Below are positions 18,113-26,533 of a stretch of 32,275 bases of DNA, one piece after another (position 1 is the stretch's first letter; each line of letters starts with the position of its first letter). Where the stretch lies: positions 1-32,275 of the IMG/VR virus record IMGVR_UViG_3300044580_000035, one strand, 5' to 3'. A model generated the notes under the pieces. That model did no database searches and was not told the DNA's origin. It worked only from the letters and a program-made list of their open reading frames with translations. The stretch is from a virus. Taxonomy: Duplodnaviria; Caudoviricetes. The position numbers and the translations under genes were made by a program.

Positions 18113-18816
18113 GCGTTCTCCTGTGCTATTAAGAAGTCTTGTTCAGTATTAATGTCTAAATTTTCGGGATATGTTGTAAAATAAGGCAATATATAATCAT
18201 CGGTTAATCTGCCGTGTCGTATTATATTATCAATCTGATTGATATAGAATAGTCCATCCTGAATGTAATATGTTCTTAAATTGTGAAATGGCAAGTCACA
18301 ATTAATATGCCTTCGTTCTGCACCCTCAGGATTCATGCAAGCCCAGAGATATATACCATCATCGCAAGACCACATTTTATGGGGATGTTCAACAACAGGT
18401 CTTACTGTTCTTAAACTTCTAGCTAATGGGTCTTTTTTATATTTATTCCAGCACGCCCTTATTGTATCCGCAGTCCTAAAAGGATTAGTCGGTCTGAGTA
18501 TCCCAAAGGCATCTTCTTTGCAATCAAGCGTTTTAATAGCATGTGTAACCCATTCGTAATCGGTAGATGTGTCCTGACTTATCTCTTCCGGTCTTAAAAT
18601 GGCGCTTGCTCCATATGATGAAGCAATTTCCATTGTTTCCTGACTGTCGGTGCTAACCACTATGTCGGTAAATATCCGACTTTCCAGCGCTGATTTGATA
18701 GTCCACGCAATCAAGGGATGACCGCCAAGCATCCGCGTGTTCTTATTTGGGCAACGCTTCGAGCCTGACCTCGCCGGTATAAGGCCGATTATGGTTTCTT
18801 TCTTCATTACCAGCAA
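18094..18816 (-). CDS. neuA: Acylneuraminate cytidylyltransferase (CMP-nonulosonate synthetase)
   Basis: 'IIGLIPARSGSKRCPNKN..GHPLIAWTI..VVSTDS..LRPEEISQD..LRPTNPFR..LDINTEQDF'. Confidence 0.92.
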   Translation of the reverse strand: MLVMKKETIIGLIPARSGSKRCPNKNTRMLGGHPLIAWTIKSALESRIFTDIVVSTDSQETMEIASSYGASAILRPEEISQDTSTDYEWVTHAIKTLDCKEDAFGILRPTNPFRTADTIRACWNKYKKDPLARSLRTVRPVVEHPHKMWSCDDGIYLWACMNPEGAERRHINCDLPFHNLRTYYIQDGLFYINQIDNIIRHGRLTDDYILPYFTTYPENLDINTEQDFLIAQENAWILKK

Positions 18817-19517
18817 GTATAACCTCCATCACAGAGTATCTGCTGACCAGCTAGCTCAGGACACTCAACCGCATATCGGATTGTTGCCCTAACTGACTTC
18901 TCACTTATAAATCGCCCTGTCGGAATGCTCCTAAGTATATTGCTCCTGAATGGCTCTTTGAACTTGCCTGTATCAACCGGGCCAAAGGCGCAACAGACAG
19001 ACCTTATATTTTTATTGCCGTATTCCATTGTCAATGAGCGTGAAAGCTGAATCAATGCCGCCTTACTCAGTCCATATGCAACAGGTTTCCGAAATCCTGT
19101 AGGATAATTACGCCAATCAGCCGCAACATTGCCCATTATTGAGCCTATATTGATTATTACACCACCACCATTGCCAATCATATCGGGTATAAAGGTATTA
19201 ATAACCCTTAAAGCGCCCATCAAATTGACATCGAGTATTTGTTCATAGTTAGAGAAATACCCACTTTTGCCTGTTGGGGGATTGTCAATAGCGGCGTTAT
19301 TCACTATAAGTTTAGGGATTCCAGGTAAATCCAATTTGAATAAATCCACATAATCCTGCTTGGAAATGTCATAATCGGGCAAATCAAGCGCAAATACCCT
19401 ATATCCAAGCCTTTTAAGCTCATTTGAAATAATTGGTCCTAGATTACCATTCTTGCCGCCTGTAACAACTGCTATCGGCTTGCCTCTGTTTATAATATTT
19501 AATAGCCATTTAATCAT
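18807..19517 (-). CDS. SDR-family oxidoreductase, PtmA (flagellin modification protein A)-like
   Basis: 'VVTGGKNGNLG', 'VNNAA', 'INIGSIMG..DWRNY...KPVAYGLSKAAL' (YxxxK). Confidence 0.85.
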   Translation of the reverse strand: MIKWLLNIINRGKPIAVVTGGKNGNLGPIISNELKRLGYRVFALDLPDYDISKQDYVDLFKLDLPGIPKLIVNNAAIDNPPTGKSGYFSNYEQILDVNLMGALRVINTFIPDMIGNGGGVIINIGSIMGNVAADWRNYPTGFRKPVAYGLSKAALIQLSRSLTMEYGNKNIRSVCCAFGPVDTGKFKEPFRSNILRSIPTGRFISEKSVRATIRYAVECPELAGQQILCDGGYTCW

Positions 19518-20554
19518 TCAAGCACCCCCAATGTTACCGGATCACCCATTTTTATATCCTTTAATAATGTCCTTCCAAGTACCTTATCGGCTTCAAATGG
19601 ATAAAGATTAGCAGAAGGACTGCGAATGTCTAAATATTCCGCATGTATTTCTTCACCCTTCTTTAGATTACATCTGAAATAAAGCCCCTTCTCCATCTTT
19701 TTAAGCGGTCCTTTCTCGCTTTCAAGTCTTGTCTTGATACCATCACCCATTGCGAAGCGCATTCGGCGCAAATCCCTTACAAGGTCGTGCATACCTTTTG
19801 GTTCAAGGCTTAGCGCGTGGTCTGTACCCTTCCATGTATGATTAATGGTAAAGTGTTTCTCAAATATCCTAGCACCGAGTACATAAGCGGCTAATGACAT
19901 GCATATCCCGTTATAATGGTCTGATAACCCAATGACCTGATTAGGAAACGCATCACGCATTGATGCGATTGCCCTTAGATTCATCTCATGCGGTTGATTT
20001 GGGTATGAAGCCACACAATGAAGCAATGCAAAGTTGTCGTGCATCATAGCATCACAGGCTCGTTTTATCTCATGCAGGGTTGCGCCGCCGGTGCTGAGTA
20101 TCATAGGCATACCCCTTGCCGATACATGTCTTATCAAAGGCGTATTGGTAAGGTCACCCGATGCAATCTTAATCATCGGTACGCCCATTTCTATAAGCTC
20201 ATCAGCGGCGTTGAAGTCGAATGCGGTTGCAAAGTATATCAAGCCGTTCTTATTTGAATACTCTTTTAGCTCGGAGTGTTGTTTTATATCAAGCTCAAGT
20301 GCCTCTCTATGCTCTCCGTAGGTCTTCCCGAATGACTGAGGGCCGATATAAGGCGCGTTGTATAACTCATCGGTGTATAGTTCCTTATTCGTGCGCTTCT
20401 GGAACTTCACCGCATCAACACCGCACCCCATGGCAGCAACAATCAATTCCTTTGCCCTGTCAATGTCCCCGCAATGGTTCTGCCCTATCTCGGCAATGAC
20501 CATCGAATCGGTATCATCGGCAACCCGTTTCCCATCAATAATAAACTCTCTCAT
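19514..20554 (-). CDS. neuB: N-acetylneuraminate/nonulosonate synthase with C-terminal SAF domain
   Basis: 'VIAEIGQNHCGD..DAVKFQ..KIASGDLTN..LSTGG..LLHCVASYP..GLSDH..EKHFT..DHALSLEP'. Confidence 0.95.
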   Translation of the reverse strand: MREFIIDGKRVADDTDSMVIAEIGQNHCGDIDRAKELIVAAMGCGVDAVKFQKRTNKELYTDELYNAPYIGPQSFGKTYGEHREALELDIKQHSELKEYSNKNGLIYFATAFDFNAADELIEMGVPMIKIASGDLTNTPLIRHVSARGMPMILSTGGATLHEIKRACDAMMHDNFALLHCVASYPNQPHEMNLRAIASMRDAFPNQVIGLSDHYNGICMSLAAYVLGARIFEKHFTINHTWKGTDHALSLEPKGMHDLVRDLRRMRFAMGDGIKTRLESEKGPLKKMEKGLYFRCNLKKGEEIHAEYLDIRSPSANLYPFEADKVLGRTLLKDIKMGDPVTLGVLE

Positions 20555-20700
20555 TTATTCACCCCTATCAGTGGTATCCATATCGGTGCGGTCACTAACC
20601 ACCATGACCACGGTATCTTCCCTCGTGTTTTGAGCCGGTAAAACAGATAAAACAGGATGCTTCCGGCGGCTAAATCGACAAATAAGTTCCAGTATTTCAT
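20551..20700 (-). CDS. 49-aa Trp-rich membrane protein (MKYWNLFVDLAAGSILFYLFYRLKTRGKIPWSWWLVTAPIWIPLIGVNK), not in the ORF track
   Basis: ATGA overlaps with both the terL stop and the neuB start; LK..G.I.WSWW.V.APIW pattern seen in small phage membrane proteins. Confidence 0.8.
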   Translation of the reverse strand: MKYWNLFVDLAAGSILFYLFYRLKTRGKIPWSWWLVTAPIWIPLIGVNK

Positions 20701-22268
20701 AATACCAACACCCCTCTTTCGTTATATACTGACGTATCGTCTGCAAATATAGCCCTTGTCCATGCGTTTATAAGCGCTACCATGCCGTCAATCCTATCGG
20801 TTGCCTTATCCTTAGCCGGTCTTATGTTTTCATTGGCATCTGCCACCATTACAAGATTATCAGCGTTCCACCTGAGAATTGGATGATTACCATGATTGAT
20901 TTCATGTTTTAACACCTTAGCAAGCAAGTCCTTTGCTGGCTCGCTCATGGTCTTGGAACCCTGCCTAACTTCAACCATGTTAATACCGTACTCATTATAC
21001 AATCTTGTCGCTAACTCTGTTGCACCCCAGGGGTCATAACCAAGTTCAACAAGATTATATTTTTCAGCCGCTTCTCTGATATCCCGTTCTATAAACTGAT
21101 AATCAATGACATTACCGGGGGTTGCTGTAATATATCCCTGTTGCTGCCAAATATGATAAGGCACACGGTCAGACCGTGACCTCTGCATAATAGTATCTTC
21201 AGGACAATAGAACTTAGCCTTGACTATCCATCGCTCGGAACCGTTAAATGGAGGGAATACCATTAAAAATGCAGTTAAGTCCTGCCTATTGGAAAGGTCA
21301 AGACCGCCGTAGCAATCACGCCCAATCAGGTCCTCATCATTGATAACACCGCCGCAAGCATCCCAATCGTGCATAGGCAACCATCTGGACACCTGCTTTA
21401 TTGGAATATTAAGCCTGAAGCGTAAAAAGTTCTGATAACTTATAGGGTCTTGCTTCGCCTCTTGGAAATCCTGTCGAATCTTATCCAATGTAAATATCTG
21501 ACCGATGGATGGGTTTACGCGTTTCCATAATTCTTCATCTTCGGGATTATCCTTTTCGGGATCTGCGAGATACAGCACCGGCAAGAATCGCGGGTCGTGA
21601 ATAATACCATCCCTGACCTGTATTGCTTTAGTCCTTAATCGCCACCAGATAGTATTTATGTCATAGATGCCGGCTGTTGTGATGACCATAACGATTTGCT
21701 GCCGTCTGGCGTAGTCCGTACCCGCTGTAAGAACTGTATAAAGCTCATCATCGGGGTGCGCGTGAATCTCGTCTATGATAACGCATGATGGGTTTAATCC
21801 GTGCTTAGTGTAGGTTTCCGATGATAAGACCTGTAAGAATGAGTTTTTGCGCTGGTATATTAGTCTTTTCCGGCTATCAAGGCATTTAATGTGCTTAGAT
21901 AATTCATCGGAGTTGCGTACCATAGCCGCCGCCGCCTGGTAACATATGCTTGCCTGTTCCCTGTCTGCTGCCGCACAATAAACTTCTGCCCCATGCTCTC
22001 CATCATTTGTCAGCATATATAAGCCTATTGCCGCCATTAGCTCAGTCTTGCCGTTCTTCTTCGGAATCTCTATATAAGCAGTCCTGTATTGCCTGTACCC
22101 CTCATCATTGACTTGCCCGAATAAAGGTTTGATTAAATCGTTCCATTGCCAATCAAGCAATTTAAACGGCTTACCTGCCCACTCACCCTTAGAGTAAGAG
22201 CATAGAGACTCGATGAACTTTTTAACCTTGATGGCTTTTTCGTTACAATATGGCATATCAGTCTTCAA
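20697..22268 (-). CDS. terL: Terminase large subunit
   Basis: Walker A IPKKNGKT, Walker B IIDEIH, ITTAG, GGLDLS, GYDPWG, RIDGMVALINA; start may be MPYC at 22256. Confidence 0.96.
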   Translation of the reverse strand: MKTDMPYCNEKAIKVKKFIESLCSYSKGEWAGKPFKLLDWQWNDLIKPLFGQVNDEGYRQYRTAYIEIPKKNGKTELMAAIGLYMLTNDGEHGAEVYCAAADREQASICYQAAAAMVRNSDELSKHIKCLDSRKRLIYQRKNSFLQVLSSETYTKHGLNPSCVIIDEIHAHPDDELYTVLTAGTDYARRQQIVMVITTAGIYDINTIWWRLRTKAIQVRDGIIHDPRFLPVLYLADPEKDNPEDEELWKRVNPSIGQIFTLDKIRQDFQEAKQDPISYQNFLRFRLNIPIKQVSRWLPMHDWDACGGVINDEDLIGRDCYGGLDLSNRQDLTAFLMVFPPFNGSERWIVKAKFYCPEDTIMQRSRSDRVPYHIWQQQGYITATPGNVIDYQFIERDIREAAEKYNLVELGYDPWGATELATRLYNEYGINMVEVRQGSKTMSEPAKDLLAKVLKHEINHGNHPILRWNADNLVMVADANENIRPAKDKATDRIDGMVALINAWTRAIFADDTSVYNERGVLVL

Positions 22269-22719
22269 AGAACTCCGATTTCTTTTTCTTGGCTGTCAAT
22301 GCCAAGCTGCCCAACCGTGCTATCCCGATTGAAGACAATCCAAGTTCCTTGAGTAGTACAATCATTGTGTCTTCATTCTTTTTTCGTGCGCTCCAGAATG
22401 GATTGACGATATATCCGTCACCTTTAGGAGATTTTATTATTGGCTTGCCACGCGCCTTATCATGGAAGTCTATTGTTTCAGCATGAAGCCTTGCCACTAT
22501 CTCTAGCATTGGAGCATTTGCTATTGTCAGCATCCCATAAGACTTGAGTATGTCAGCGTAGTATCTCCAAGCCTTGCGCTCTTCCTTTGTTAATATATCG
22601 GGACATTTGGGTATAAGATTTGATTCAGGCTCAAGCTCCGAGCGCTCGGCAAGGTCACCATAGAGTTTTGGCTTTTCTAATTTGTGCTGTGCCATTGGCT
22701 TGGGAGGTCTACCGCCCAT
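22258..22719 (-). CDS. terS: Terminase small subunit (P27 family)
   Basis: 'MGGRPPKP..CPDIL..AW..VNPF..ELGLS..AR'; directly upstream of terL. Confidence 0.9.
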   Translation of the reverse strand: MGGRPPKPMAQHKLEKPKLYGDLAERSELEPESNLIPKCPDILTKEERKAWRYYADILKSYGMLTIANAPMLEIVARLHAETIDFHDKARGKPIIKSPKGDGYIVNPFWSARKKNEDTMIVLLKELGLSSIGIARLGSLALTAKKKKSEFFED

Positions 22720-23927
22720 TAGTCAGCCTTCCTTATGTCTATACCTGGGAATGCGTCTGTCATGCGTTGAAGTATTACGGCGCAGTAGGCGGGGGATATT
22801 TCAATCATCCGGCATTTGCGATTTGTGTTCTCGGATGCGACCATAGAAGACCCGCTACCTCCGAACAAATCAGCCATTATTCCTTTTTCAGGACAACTAT
22901 TTTTGATGGCATTTATTATAAGTTCAACTGGTTTCATTGTTGGATGGAGGTCGGATTTTAATGGCTTATCAATATCCCATGTTGAAAATTTATATTCTCC
23001 TTTGCCGTAGAAGTCATGCACCTTTATCCACCCGAACAATATGGGCTCATGCTTATAATTATAATCGGTTCTTCCCAACACATGATTATTCTTTACCCAT
23101 ATAATCATATGACGCAAGATGAGGCCCGCTTTTTGCATCATCATCATCATCATCAATAAATCCCCACCTTGCGGGGCGGTTATATAATAGCTTGACCTTT
23201 CGGCTAGGATTTCCTTGATGCAACAGAATGCCGGATAAATTATGTCATCAGCTAGACTTTCAATCGTTTTATGGTCACCTTCTATTTCAGTTTGGATGCG
23301 ATTTCCCCGGGAAAACGCATTGAGGTACTTGTTCTTGTCCGCATATGCCACGCCATACGGGGGATCAGTAAAGATCATATCTGCCTTGCCGCCGCCCATA
23401 ACCCTTTCAACATCTTCCTTCTTTGTGCTATCCCCGCATAGTAGCCTATGCTCACCGATAAGCCACAGGTCACCGGTCTTGACCTGCCAGTGCATGTTCA
23501 GTTCCTCTGCTCTATCAATCTGAGGCTCGGCATCCTTTGGTTCTTCTTCTATCTTCATCCAATCGTCGGGAATATCAATGCCCCACTCGGCCAGCGGCAA
23601 GTCTGACCATTCGTTTGCCAACAGGTCGAAGTCCCATTCGCCGAAAGCCGCGTTATCCTTGATGACAAACTCGCGCTTCTGGTCTGCCGTCAGGCCCTCG
23701 GCTATCTTAATAATACAGTTCTTTTCGCCAAGTTCCTTGAGTGCCAGATACCGCATGTTGCCGCCCAGGATGACCATGTCCTCATCGACAATTATTTCCC
23801 TTAGTTCCTTCATCTCAGGGAAATCGGTCAGCGACTTCTTGAGGTTCTCCATTTTGCGCTTGTCTATGCGTCGGGGATTATTCGGGTTCGGCTTGATTGC
23901 TGATAGCTTGACAGACTTGACCTGCAT
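22719..23927 (-). CDS. ParB-N-domain / N4-N6 DNA methyltransferase fusion
   Basis: N-terminal 'IKPNPNNPR..ILGGNMRY..IKDN'; 'GEHRLLCGDS', DPPY, 'HPTMKPVEL', 'DLFGGSGS'; start moved to MQVK (GGAGG SD). Confidence 0.92.
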   Translation of the reverse strand: MQVKSVKLSAIKPNPNNPRRIDKRKMENLKKSLTDFPEMKELREIIVDEDMVILGGNMRYLALKELGEKNCIIKIAEGLTADQKREFVIKDNAAFGEWDFDLLANEWSDLPLAEWGIDIPDDWMKIEEEPKDAEPQIDRAEELNMHWQVKTGDLWLIGEHRLLCGDSTKKEDVERVMGGGKADMIFTDPPYGVAYADKNKYLNAFSRGNRIQTEIEGDHKTIESLADDIIYPAFCCIKEILAERSSYYITAPQGGDLLMMMMMMQKAGLILRHMIIWVKNNHVLGRTDYNYKHEPILFGWIKVHDFYGKGEYKFSTWDIDKPLKSDLHPTMKPVELIINAIKNSCPEKGIMADLFGGSGSSMVASENTNRKCRMIEISPAYCAVILQRMTDAFPGIDIRKAD

Positions 23928-23944
23928 CAATTCCTCCATTTCCA

Positions 23945-24012
23945 AAAAACTCGTGCGAGGGCAAACACGGGTAATAGAGCCCTCTTCCCAAGGATGCAAC
24001 CCACCCCCTCGC
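23945..24012. other. Candidate cos/packaging-initiation site
   Basis: GC-rich GCGAGGGGGTGGG...CCCTCGC inverted repeat just downstream of HNH and upstream of the packaging genes, as in HK97-like cos phages. Confidence 0.5.
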
Positions 24013-24019
24013 ATAATTT

Positions 24020-24089
24020 TTGGAAAACTTTTTCCATTTTATTTTTATTATTCTTGGAAAACTTTTTCCATTTTATTTTTTTATTATTC
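24020..24089. repeat. Tandem repeat (34 and 36 bp), each copy containing the palindrome TGGAAAA-CT-TTTTCCA
   Basis: ttggaaaactttttccattttattttt(tt)attattc occurs twice. Confidence 0.9.
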
Positions 24090-24405
24090 ATTGCTTAATC
24101 CTATCATGTCTTATCTCATGGCATCGATGGCATAGGGCTACACAGTTATCAGGGTCAAGCAGTTCACCACCTTTGTCTATTGGTATTAAGTGATGAGGCA
24201 ATGTTGATGGCTTATTGCAATCAATACAAATAGGATTACGTTTTAGAAACCATACTCTAAATTTGCGCCATGCAGGGGATAGGTAGATTGGGTCTGTTGG
24301 CTTACCTGAACGCCTGTGCGATAAGACTATTGGATGTACAGGGCAAGGTCTTAGGTGCTTACATCCATTAACCTTGCATGGCTTAGGACATGCTACGGTA
24401 CTGAT
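24088..24405 (-). CDS. HNH endonuclease (HK97 gp74-like), apparently with an ATC start; not in the ORF track
   Basis: ..PKPCKVNGC..CPVH..IYLSPAWRKFR..RNPICIDC..HHLIPIDKGG..DNCVALCHRCHEIRH. Confidence 0.88.
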   Translation of the reverse strand: MSTVACPKPCKVNGCKHLRPCPVHPIVLSHRRSGKPTDPIYLSPAWRKFRVWFLKRNPICIDCNKPSTLPHHLIPIDKGGELLDPDNCVALCHRCHEIRHDRIKQ

Positions 24406-24414
24406 ATTAACCCC

Positions 24415-24621
24415 CTACTTATTAAACCCCATACGCGCAAGTAATCCACGCATCCATATAAGTAAGACCCCCGTCTCCTTATCCTTTTTACCCTTATCCC
24501 TTTTATCCTGACCGAATAAGGCCTGATGACGCAGATAGTATGCTGGCTTCTTCTTATAATCGTCAGCAATCATCTGTCTACAAGCCTCATCCATTATTAT
24601 ATTTATCCTTTGCCCCACCAC
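24415..24621 (-). CDS. Hypothetical protein
   Basis: 68-aa ORF filling the gap in the operon; start uncertain. Confidence 0.45.
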   Translation of the reverse strand: MVGQRINIIMDEACRQMIADDYKKKPAYYLRHQALFGQDKRDKGKKDKETGVLLIWMRGLLARMGFNK

Positions 24622-24637
24622 TTCAGCAGGGCATCAA

Positions 24638-24904
24638 TCAGTTTTTTATTATCGCCTTTAAGCCTGTTGGTACTGTTGGAGGTACAGTATCAATCTTAAT
24701 TGTGATTGGGGTTGTTCGTTCGGATATGTTGCCCGATGTATCGCGTGCCGCTATACTGTATGAATAGTTACCATCTGCTCTGGTAAGTGTGCATATTGTA
24801 GTCGGATGAGCAATCGTCTGGACAAGAACATCGTTCTCATAAACAAGATATGACTGCATGTCCGGTTCAGTATTTACATTCCAGGTTATTTCTATTGTCT
24901 TCAT
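24638..24904 (-). CDS. Stand-alone fibronectin type III-like protein
   Basis: 'ITWNVNTEPDMQSYLVYE..YSYSIAARDTSGNIS..DTVPPTVPTGL'. Confidence 0.8.
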   Translation of the reverse strand: MKTIEITWNVNTEPDMQSYLVYENDVLVQTIAHPTTICTLTRADGNYSYSIAARDTSGNISERTTPITIKIDTVPPTVPTGLKAIIKN

Positions 24905-25185
24905 GCACTTGCTCCCTGATAAACATAAACTTCTGATGCGACTGGAATGTGACCTGTAAATATTTCATAATCATCAGAATCAGAAATAGTTACTGTGCCG
25001 TTTGTATATGTCCAATTCGGATAAACATTAGGAATATAAGGATAATATGGTTGAATAGGTACATAAATAGGTTGAACATCTATCCTTCCACTTGGCTCAG
25101 CCATTTCCTCAGTAATCCTTTCTATTAACTTGCCATCCTTGTCAAACTTATCAGTTATGCGTTTTATAGTTTCCATCATGCACAC
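24901..25185 (-). CDS. Hypothetical protein
   Basis: 94-aa ORF, GAGGT SD, ATGA coupling. Confidence 0.55.
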   Translation of the reverse strand: MCMMETIKRITDKFDKDGKLIERITEEMAEPSGRIDVQPIYVPIQPYYPYIPNVYPNWTYTNGTVTISDSDDYEIFTGHIPVASEVYVYQGASA

Positions 25186-25207
25186 CTCACTCTTTCGTTT
25201 ATTGCCC

Positions 25208-25498
25208 TCATGCTATCTTGCTGTTAAATGCATCAGCGATTGAAGCGACAATAGTCTCGATTTCTTCAGGGGTGAGTTTCTTGTCTGCCGCTGCTGCCCA
25301 TATCTGGTTAAGCAGTTTTTTCACAAAATCTATGCCGGTATTATCAAGGGCAACTTTCAGGCCCAATGCTGTAACGACATCAATAACAGTATCAATTATC
25401 TCATCTACTGTAATCTTGCCGTCTGACAATGCTGAAACAAGGTCTTTTACCAGGACACCGATGATAGGTAATATCTTGAACCAACTTACGCTTGCCAT
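25208..25498 (-). CDS. Hypothetical helical protein with internal repeat, in the lysis region
   Basis: AGGGGG SD; 'ALSDGKITVDEI' and 'AAADKKLTPEEI'. Confidence 0.7.
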   Translation of the reverse strand: MASVSWFKILPIIGVLVKDLVSALSDGKITVDEIIDTVIDVVTALGLKVALDNTGIDFVKKLLNQIWAAAADKKLTPEEIETIVASIADAFNSKIA

Positions 25499-25507
25499 AT
25501 TTCCCCC

Positions 25508-25828
25508 TTAGTTTTCTATGTTTTGTGGGTTGACTATTGCATCAACCGCTTTATTTAATGTGTTATTTGTTTCATCCTGCTTACATGGAACTATTGATAT
25601 TGCCTTTTCCACCTGTGTCGATGTTGCTTTTATGACCTTTTGAGCATCTGCCTTATTGCCTGACCTGTTGAGTATAAAAGTTATTGCCGCCATCACAGTC
25701 CCGACAAGCTCAACCAGGGTTATCATCTTCAGGTAATAGGCAACTCCGGCAATCACAACAGAAAAAACACAGGAAATATATGTCTTCTTTCCGTCAAGTG
25801 CTTTGAGTAATTCTGATACGGTTATCAT
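25508..25828 (-). CDS. Holin-like two-TM protein
   Basis: 'LDGKKTYI' followed by two hydrophobic helices; start moved to MITVS (ATGA overlap). Confidence 0.6.
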   Translation of the reverse strand: MITVSELLKALDGKKTYISCVFSVVIAGVAYYLKMITLVELVGTVMAAITFILNRSGNKADAQKVIKATSTQVEKAISIVPCKQDETNNTLNKAVDAIVNPQNIEN

Positions 25829-26064
25829 ATTTTCCCCGTTATGACTAACGCCATTACTCCGCCTAGAACTGCCCAAGGTACAGATACAAACAATGATCTC
25901 CATCCCATTTTTTCTTCAAGGCTTGATAATCTATTTTGTATATCCAACATAAAGGCGCATTGTATCTGCCTCCATTTCTCATCATCAAGTGCCTGTACCG
26001 TATCTTCTGATAATAATCCACCTAGCAAATCTTTTGTCTTGGCATCCGTCATAGTATCTCCCAA
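25825..26064 (-). CDS. Coiled-coil plus C-terminal TM protein (lysis-associated)
   Basis: Follows the endolysin; 'NRLSSLEEK' then a hydrophobic tail; start may be 26052. Confidence 0.6.
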   Translation of the reverse strand: MGDTMTDAKTKDLLGGLLSEDTVQALDDEKWRQIQCAFMLDIQNRLSSLEEKMGWRSLFVSVPWAVLGGVMALVITGKI

Positions 26065-26450
26065 TGTGGAAGGTCATTGAATTTCTGGTCATCTAAATTA
26101 TTATCATTATCCCAATCGCCACCCCATCTAAGCCTTAACCCCATCTGTTGTGCTATTGTTTTTGCATGACCAGCCAATATATAAAATGCTCTTGAGTCAT
26201 TCCACATAAGACCATAATGAGAACTGAATGGAACTATATCTACTGCTTGAGATGGATTAGAATTATGCTTTGAGGTTGGCCACGGTGTCTTTGATTTTTT
26301 TTCTGCAACTGCTTTATCTTGTGCGTCTTTATTTCTATAACTACATATGATTGCAAAGTCTGTATATTTAATTAGCTCATCAAGCCATGCCTGTAATTTA
26401 GGATCAGCGTTTCTTCTTTGAATCATGGATGATGACCCAAACTTAGGCAT
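26049..26450 (-). CDS. Endolysin, peptidase M15 family (L-Ala-D-Glu peptidase-like)
   Basis: 'MPKFG..S..DPKLQ..CSYRNKDAQ..SKHN..SQAVDI..LRWGGDWD..DLPHWE' zinc motifs. Confidence 0.92.
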   Translation of the reverse strand: MPKFGSSSMIQRRNADPKLQAWLDELIKYTDFAIICSYRNKDAQDKAVAEKKSKTPWPTSKHNSNPSQAVDIVPFSSHYGLMWNDSRAFYILAGHAKTIAQQMGLRLRWGGDWDNDNNLDDQKFNDLPHWEIL

Positions 26451-26533
26451 TACATAAACCACCCAATGATTATTGTTGTTGCAATATAACTGATAGCCAA
26501 TGTTGCCAGACAGACGCGGCCTTTATGATTATT

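Noticed and set aside
17387-20554. Neu cassette as a host capsule/LPS locus or assembly chimera
   Set aside because: Its genes overlap phage genes at both ends, and no flippase, polymerase or export genes are present; read mapping would still be a useful check
20555-20746. 63-aa ORF from the track
   Set aside because: Another frame (20551-20700) fits with ATGA overlaps at both ends and has a recognisable motif
23928-24014. N-terminal extension of the methyltransferase ORF
   Set aside because: It runs through the putative cos region; the SD and domain start support ATG at 23927
24020-24089. CRISPR mini-array
   Set aside because: Only two abutting copies, no unique spacer, and no cas genes
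24415-24417. Genome-wide TAG reassignment
   Set aside because: Genes are intact under the standard code and TAG ends others normally (7338, 31392); only this one in-frame case exists
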